From NCBI GenBank assembly GCA_965368975.1, contig CBDUPA010000018.1:64001-128000 (forward strand): a stretch of DNA of 64,000 bases, read 5' to 3'. Made by a program: the position numbers and the translations under genes. The stretch is from an uncultured bacterium (GTDB lineage: Bacteria > Acidobacteriota > Thermoanaerobaculia > Multivoradales > JAHZIX01). This document shows, in pieces, positions 58,611 to 64,000 of the stretch (position 1 is the stretch's first letter; each line of letters starts with the position of its first letter). A model generated the notes under the pieces. That model saw only the letters and a program-made list of their open reading frames with translations, was not told the origin of the DNA and searched no databases.

Positions 58611-60686
58611 CTACGAGGTACCGATCATGACCCTGCGCGGAATGGTGAAGGTAATCGACGTCCCCTCTTCCGTCACGGACTCGATCCAGATCCGGCCGCG
58701 CATTCGCAGAATCAAGGCACGGGCGAAGAAGAGGTTCCCCTCGCCGTCCAGCACCACCTCCAGAGGATGGAAGGCGCGGTCGCGCGCTTCCCGTGCCACC
58801 GCGCAGCCGCTGGTCCAGATGCGAAACTGGAACTCCAGGTGTTTTTCCTCAGCCTGCACGCGTACCAGTCCCGGAGCCTCACCATCAATCGCTTGGAGGG
58901 CGAACAAGAACAGACATTCAAAGGCCTTTCGCAGCAAGGTCGCATCCATGATCACGCTTGGCAGCGGTTGAACACGGATCTCACAGTCAGGGGGACGGTG
59001 GTCCAAGGACAGCGAGGCCAAGACTTCCTGGACCAAGTCGTTGAGATCGAGTTGGACAGGCTCGGGCTGGAGATCGTTGATGCGGTTGAAGTCGCGGAAG
59101 GCATCCGACAGCGAAGCCACGTCCTTGGCCGCTTGTTCGATGAAGAGCAACGCTTCTTGGACCTCGGCTCGATCAGCAGCCGGCTCATCAACGGGCCCGG
59201 ACAGAGAGGACCGCAGCTCGGCGACAAAACCGCTCAGGGTGAGAATCGGCGTCCGCAACTGGTGGGCTGCAACGTGCAGAAAGACCTTTAGCTGCTCATT
59301 GGCCGAGGTCAAAGCATCTTCCATTTGCTTGGTGACCGTCAGATCTCGCGAGACACTCAGAATGGCTTTATCGCGTCCGTGCTGCAGAGGGGTTGCCGCT
59401 GTTTCGAGATATCGCAACTCGCCGTGGCTATCGATCAAGGTGTGCTCGAACAGATACATCCCATGCTCTTCGACGGCCCTGGCGATGTAGCGCCAGTCCT
59501 GAGCGGTCTGGGTCGAGAACTGGGCCAGAGATTTGCTGCTCAGCTGCCGAAAGGGCAAACCGAGCAAGTCCGCAGCCTGCTGATTGGCTTCCAGGACCCG
59601 CTGGTCGCTGGCGCGCCAGATGAAAATGCAGTCCGCGACCTGGTCGAACAACGCCCGATATTCCTCGAGGTAGTCCCACTCTCTCCGCAGGGTCAAGCTC
59701 TGCAGGAGTGCCAGGGTGCCTAGCACAGCCAGCGTCGCGAGCACGAGAACTTCCCGTGATTGCCGCTCGGCGTCAGAAAGACCGCCCATCAAATAGAGGC
59801 TGAAATGGAGTATCGGCAAGGCGACGGAATAGACCGGCAAGAGGAAGCCCGGACCGCTGCGCGCAGCCGCGAGTCGCTCCAAGAAGTTGGTAGATTCTCC
59901 GCCATCTCTTTCTCGAAACGAGAAATGACGAATGCGGGCAGCCGCAAGAATCGGCAGGAAAGGCAGAAACCAAAGCGCGGCGATCGGAACGTTGTCGTCG
60001 AAGTCGAACTGCCAGACAGGGAACAGAGCCTGCGCTCCATCCGTCAGGAGCCACAGGAAAGCGGTACACGACAAGCAGGCGAAGAGCGCTTGCCAACGTC
60101 TGGACACAGAGGTCAACGCGAACTGCAGCGTCCGCAACGCCAAAAAGAGGTCGAACGTGATCAGTAGGTAGAGCGTTCTGGGCAAGGGCTCAGGCGACGA
60201 CGTGAACAAGGGCAAGATCAGAAAGTAGACCATCAGGGCGATCGCAAAGAAAGCCAGGCCCACGCGCTCCAGACGCGGCGTCAGGCGCCCGGGACGTAAC
60301 CCTCGAGGCAAGTCCGGCCTCGACTCGACGGCGGCAAAGAAACATATGAAGAGTGCAAAGTAGAGCAACTCGAGCAGATATGCGGCGACGACGGAAAAGG
60401 TCTCCTCGGGGATGGCCAGCAGCAGTACAGAACGCACCAGCCAAGCGCTGAAACCCGCGATCAAGAGGAACCAGAAACGTTGCTCACGCCGTTCGATCTG
60501 GGCCAATTGGTACTGCAAGAACCACAGGGTCACTAGCAGCGAGGGAATCGTCCAGTGATTCCATAGGAGGTCCCAAGCTGGCTCCAGGCGGAGCACTGGC
60601 ACAAGGTAAGGTACGACTAGGAGAGCAAACACAAAGAGGCCGGCTCGTAGCGGCCGGTCAAACCGAAGCTCAGTCCACAAAATCAA
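58611..60686 (-). CDS. Membrane PAS sensor histidine kinase-like protein with a degenerate ATPase domain
   Basis: Many N-terminal TMs, a PAS domain, H-box AAHQLRTP, terminal GRIWIES..GTSITFTIP; N, G1 and G2 boxes eroded. Confidence 0.8.
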   Translation of the reverse strand: MILWTELRFDRPLRAGLFVFALLVVPYLVPVLRLEPAWDLLWNHWTIPSLLVTLWFLQYQLAQIERREQRFWFLLIAGFSAWLVRSVLLLAIPEETFSVVAAYLLELLYFALFICFFAAVESRPDLPRGLRPGRLTPRLERVGLAFFAIALMVYFLILPLFTSSPEPLPRTLYLLITFDLFLALRTLQFALTSVSRRWQALFACLSCTAFLWLLTDGAQALFPVWQFDFDDNVPIAALWFLPFLPILAAARIRHFSFRERDGGESTNFLERLAAARSGPGFLLPVYSVALPILHFSLYLMGGLSDAERQSREVLVLATLAVLGTLALLQSLTLRREWDYLEEYRALFDQVADCIFIWRASDQRVLEANQQAADLLGLPFRQLSSKSLAQFSTQTAQDWRYIARAVEEHGMYLFEHTLIDSHGELRYLETAATPLQHGRDKAILSVSRDLTVTKQMEDALTSANEQLKVFLHVAAHQLRTPILTLSGFVAELRSSLSGPVDEPAADRAEVQEALLFIEQAAKDVASLSDAFRDFNRINDLQPEPVQLDLNDLVQEVLASLSLDHRPPDCEIRVQPLPSVIMDATLLRKAFECLFLFALQAIDGEAPGLVRVQAEEKHLEFQFRIWTSGCAVAREARDRAFHPLEVVLDGEGNLFFARALILRMRGRIWIESVTEEGTSITFTIPRRVMIGTS

Positions 60687-60760
60687 GCTCCCGAAAGTTC
60701 GGAGAAGATTTTCGTTCGAGGGAAATCAGTTCAAACGAAAGTATAGCAAAACAACCCTGC

Positions 60761-62206
60761 CTACTCCTGTGCTGCCGTCAACAGTCCCGCTGGCAAGACC
60801 CCATCCGGGGCTTCGAAGTCGTCAAGACCAAGCAACGCCGCGACAATCGGAGCGATGTCTTCCAGGTGGAGTTCCTGTGCCACCGCCCCCTCACGCACCG
60901 CGGCACCCCATAGCACCAGGCCGGTGTGAATCTGCGGAAAGTCCGGAACATAGCCGTGAGTTGCGCCCTGGGAAGGCCGGACGGCGGGAGCTTCCGCGGA
61001 ACTCGTAAAGTGGACACCGGGAGCAGGATTGAGCGCGAAGGCGGCTTCCGGGGAGGCTCCGAGACGGTCGAGTTCTTCTCGGTCCACGATGCGAAAGAGC
61101 CGACGAAGGCCAGCAGGCAGGGCCTCGAGAGCGGTACGCGCGGCAGTGACGGCCTCCCTATCAGCAGGATCGCGCAACATCAGGAAGGCAGAGGCCGCAC
61201 TGGTGTGGAAGGTTGCGCGCCACCTGCCGCGCTCGCCCTCTCCAGGCTGCTCCAGCAGACCGGCGGCTGTCAGCCAGACGTTGGGGGCGAGCAGGGTGTG
61301 CAGGTCGACATGCCCATGATCGCCGGTGACCACGAAAGTGGTCTGCTCGAGAATGCCTTCACGTTCAGCAGCCTCGACCATCTGCGCCAGAGCACGGTCG
61401 ACGGCGGCGACTGCTCGGCGAACAAGCCAATCTTCGCGGCCCCTCTCGTGCTGCCAGTGGTCGGTTTCGATCAGGTGCACGGCGAGCAGCGAAGGCCGCT
61501 TCTTGGCCAGCAGATAAGCGGCGATGTCACCGGCACGATCGTCTCGGGTCAGAAAGTCGATGTGGAAGGTCTCACCGTTGAGCGGTCCAGCTGCCTCGCG
61601 TTCGAGTTCTTGCCACAAACCGCTGGGCCGCGTTGCGTCCCGCATGGCCGCCAACGGTGCAGCCGTAGGGTCGAGCGACCAGATCTCGGGCAGGTTGTAG
61701 TCGATCTCGGCACCAGCGCTGACCGGCCAGGAGACGGCGGCACTGGTGCCTCCAGCGCGATGCACGGCCTGCCACAGAGTGTCGACGCGGATGGCGTCGG
61801 CATACCAGTACCAGGCGCCCGTGGCTCCCTCTGGCTCGAACGGTGAGTTGTAGTAGATCCCGTGGCGGGCGGGCCGAGCACCGGTGACGAGGGTGGTGTG
61901 CGACGGATAGGTGACACTCGGAAAAACGCCGCGCACCGCTTCAGCGTGCGCACCCTCGGCGACCATCTGCTGCATCATCGGCGCCGGCCAAGTCGGATCG
62001 AGGTAGAACTCGGGACGCAGACCATCGATCGACACCAGCACGACGTGACGCATCGGCATCGGGTGGGCTTCTGCCGCGTCGGCGGCACCAGCCACGTCGG
62101 CAGCACCAGCCAGCACAGGCGCGTGCACCGCCAGGAACGTCAGAAACACCGTGGTGAGGGCGAATTCCAAGGTCAGCCACGGCATCGAACGGGAACGCAA
62201 GCACAT
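60761..62206 (-). CDS. Ectonucleotide pyrophosphatase/phosphodiesterase (alkaline phosphatase family)
   Basis: LVSIDGLRP, FPSVTYPSHTTLVTG, TDHWQH, TGDHGH, HGY. Confidence 0.9.
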   Translation of the reverse strand: MCLRSRSMPWLTLEFALTTVFLTFLAVHAPVLAGAADVAGAADAAEAHPMPMRHVVLVSIDGLRPEFYLDPTWPAPMMQQMVAEGAHAEAVRGVFPSVTYPSHTTLVTGARPARHGIYYNSPFEPEGATGAWYWYADAIRVDTLWQAVHRAGGTSAAVSWPVSAGAEIDYNLPEIWSLDPTAAPLAAMRDATRPSGLWQELEREAAGPLNGETFHIDFLTRDDRAGDIAAYLLAKKRPSLLAVHLIETDHWQHERGREDWLVRRAVAAVDRALAQMVEAAEREGILEQTTFVVTGDHGHVDLHTLLAPNVWLTAAGLLEQPGEGERGRWRATFHTSAASAFLMLRDPADREAVTAARTALEALPAGLRRLFRIVDREELDRLGASPEAAFALNPAPGVHFTSSAEAPAVRPSQGATHGYVPDFPQIHTGLVLWGAAVREGAVAQELHLEDIAPIVAALLGLDDFEAPDGVLPAGLLTAAQE

Positions 62207-62425
62207 GGGTGGCAGTCCTCACAGAGCGATTATGGACGGGGTCGGGCGGTTGCCTGACGATAGCAAATCCACTAGTCTCTGGTCAGGTTGCTCTCTTCAG
62301 AGTTATGCTGAAACGGCGTAACGAGTATGGCCACGCACAGCGCCTGTGCATCGAGCCACGACAGCAGTTAGCAGCCAGCAGCGGGTAGCAGCAAGCAGCG
62401 AGACGGGTACTCAGGAGAATCTAAG

Positions 62426-64000
62426 GTGGCGGAGCCCCTGGAGCACATCGACGGCAAGTACGAGATCCTCGAGAAGCTCAGGGAGGGTGGCATGGGTGCC
62501 ATCTACAAGGTGCGCCACCGGCTGCTCGAAGAAGTCCGCGTCATCAAGGTCATGCGCCCGACCTTGCGCGACGACGAAGAGCTGTACGCTCGCTTTCTGC
62601 GCGAGGCAAGAATGGCGATCCAGCTGCGCCATCCCAACATCGCCCAGCTCTACGACTTCACCATCGACGACGACGGCAACGCCTTTATCGTCATGGAGTT
62701 CATAGGCGGCCTCAACTTCGGTGACCTGATCGATCAGGCAGGACCACCACCGCTCGGCCTGACGCTGGAGATGGCGGTGCAGTCGCTCAAGGCGCTCGAC
62801 TACCTGCACCGCCAGGGCTTCGTTCACCGCGATATCTCGCCCGATAACCTGATGCTGAGTCAGGACTTCGACGAGCGGCCACTGATCAAGCTGATCGACC
62901 TTGGCATCGCAAAGGCCCTGGAGGGAAATTCCGACCTGACGGCGACCGGCCACTTCCTCGGCAAGGTGCGCTACTGCTCACCCGAGCAGCTCGAAAGCAC
63001 CAGCAGCATCACGCCGTGCAGCGACCTCTACTCTTTCGGCCTGGTGCTCTACGAACTGCTGACCGGCCAGTGCCCGATCGCCGGCGAAACGCCGTCGGCT
63101 CTGATCGCCGGGCACCTGATGCATCCACCGACGGGTTTCGAGAAGACCGACCCCAAGGGTCGCGTGCCGGCGATGCTGCGTTCGGCGGTGCTGCGCTCGC
63201 TCGAGAAGAAGCCGGAAGATCGATTCGCCAGCGCAGAAGAATTCCAGCAACTCTTGGAGCAAATACAGCAGCAGCATCCGTTTACCCACGAGCTGTCCCA
63301 ACATGCCCACACCCTCCTCGACCGGGACCACTTCGAAGTCTCGGACCAGATCGAACCCGGGAGCACGCAGCAGCGGCTGAACCAGGAATTCGGCCTGAGG
63401 GCGACACCGCAGCCAGAAGCACGCACGGATCGACTACCTGAAAAGCCGTTGCCGTCGACCCATCCCCTGGTCGAACCACCACCGCCGCCGCCTCTGCCTC
63501 TCGTATCGCCGGCAGCGCCCGCAGCTCCAGCCTCCCCGACGCCCGCTGCCGCGCAGCGCGCCACCTCCGCGACCCATGCGCTGCGCTCGGCGGGTAGCGC
63601 GGCAAGTAGTTCAGAGAGCAGAGCACCCGCCGGTGCACCGTCCAGGCAACCGGGCACCGGCCAGAGCGGCCGTCGCTGGCTCGGTGTCGTGGTACTGCTC
63701 CTGCTGCTGGGTGTGACGGGCACAGCCGCGTGGTACTTCCTCGGCCGCGGCGAGACCGGCCCCGTCGACGCACCGGCGGCAGCGTCCGGCCGCCTGATCC
63801 TCAACGCCGTCCCCTGGGCCCAGGTGACCGCTATCGTCGACGCCGACGGCCAGGCCATGACCATCGCTCCCGGCACCTATACTCCGACCGCCCTCGACCT
63901 GGCTGCGGGTCGCTACACCGTCACGCTGCGCCGAGACAGCGCAACCCGCGACATCGAAGCCGAAGTGGTCGCCGGAGAGGTGACCCGACTCCAGACTACC
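62426..64000 (+). CDS. Membrane Ser/Thr protein kinase with Pro-rich linker and PEGA-like domain; 3' end beyond window
   Basis: Missing from the ORF track (no stop in window). GTG 62426 with AGGAG RBS; KYEILEKLREGGMGAIYK, HRDISPDN, DLG, YCSPEQ; TM segment; LNAVPWAQV..TP..LDLAAGRYTV. Confidence 0.88.
   Translation, partial: MAEPLEHIDGKYEILEKLREGGMGAIYKVRHRLLEEVRVIKVMRPTLRDDEELYARFLREARMAIQLRHPNIAQLYDFTIDDDGNAFIVMEFIGGLNFGDLIDQAGPPPLGLTLEMAVQSLKALDYLHRQGFVHRDISPDNLMLSQDFDERPLIKLIDLGIAKALEGNSDLTATGHFLGKVRYCSPEQLESTSSITPCSDLYSFGLVLYELLTGQCPIAGETPSALIAGHLMHPPTGFEKTDPKGRVPAMLRSAVLRSLEKKPEDRFASAEEFQQLLEQIQQQHPFTHELSQHAHTLLDRDHFEVSDQIEPGSTQQRLNQEFGLRATPQPEARTDRLPEKPLPSTHPLVEPPPPPPLPLVSPAAPAAPASPTPAAAQRATSATHALRSAGSAASSSESRAPAGAPSRQPGTGQSGRRWLGVVVLLLLLGVTGTAAWYFLGRGETGPVDAPAAASGRLILNAVPWAQVTAIVDADGQAMTIAPGTYTPTALDLAAGRYTVTLRRDSATRDIEAEVVAGEVTRLQTT

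Overview
GC-rich bacterial chromosomal segment, probably Acidobacteriota (Thermoanaerobaculia-like, inferred from an acidobacterial-type VWA protein, TPR Ser/Thr kinases and an FHA-like sigma54 activator). The left 17.5 kb is accessory. It holds a large DUF11/SdrD-B adhesin that runs off the window edge, an IPTL-CTERM surface protein, a sigma54 enhancer-binding protein, a small unknown protein and a membrane TPR Ser/Thr kinase. Three near-consensus sigma54 promoters lie among these genes, and two of them carry 10-bp-phased GnACAY repeats upstream. The third promoter drives a ~130-nt structured, terminated non-coding transcript that sits directly upstream of an enlarged RADAR-like ATPase + adenosine deaminase pair, followed by a convergent 4-TM protein. 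The rest is mostly housekeeping: an MFS pump, thrA-asd-thrB-thrC, murJ, a TPP enzyme, pruA, hpt, ridA, a Kef antiporter, a cyclophilin, a RelE/ParE toxin-antitoxin pair, a TMTC-like protein, panB-panE-panC-panD, an NPP phosphodiesterase and a second kinase. Other oddities are two orphan RiPP-precursor-like peptides (one absent from the ORF track), an RmuC-sulfatase fusion, a degenerate histidine kinase, an internally deleted AlkZ-like gene and a candidate ncRNA after thrC. All family calls come from motif recognition by eye, not database searches.
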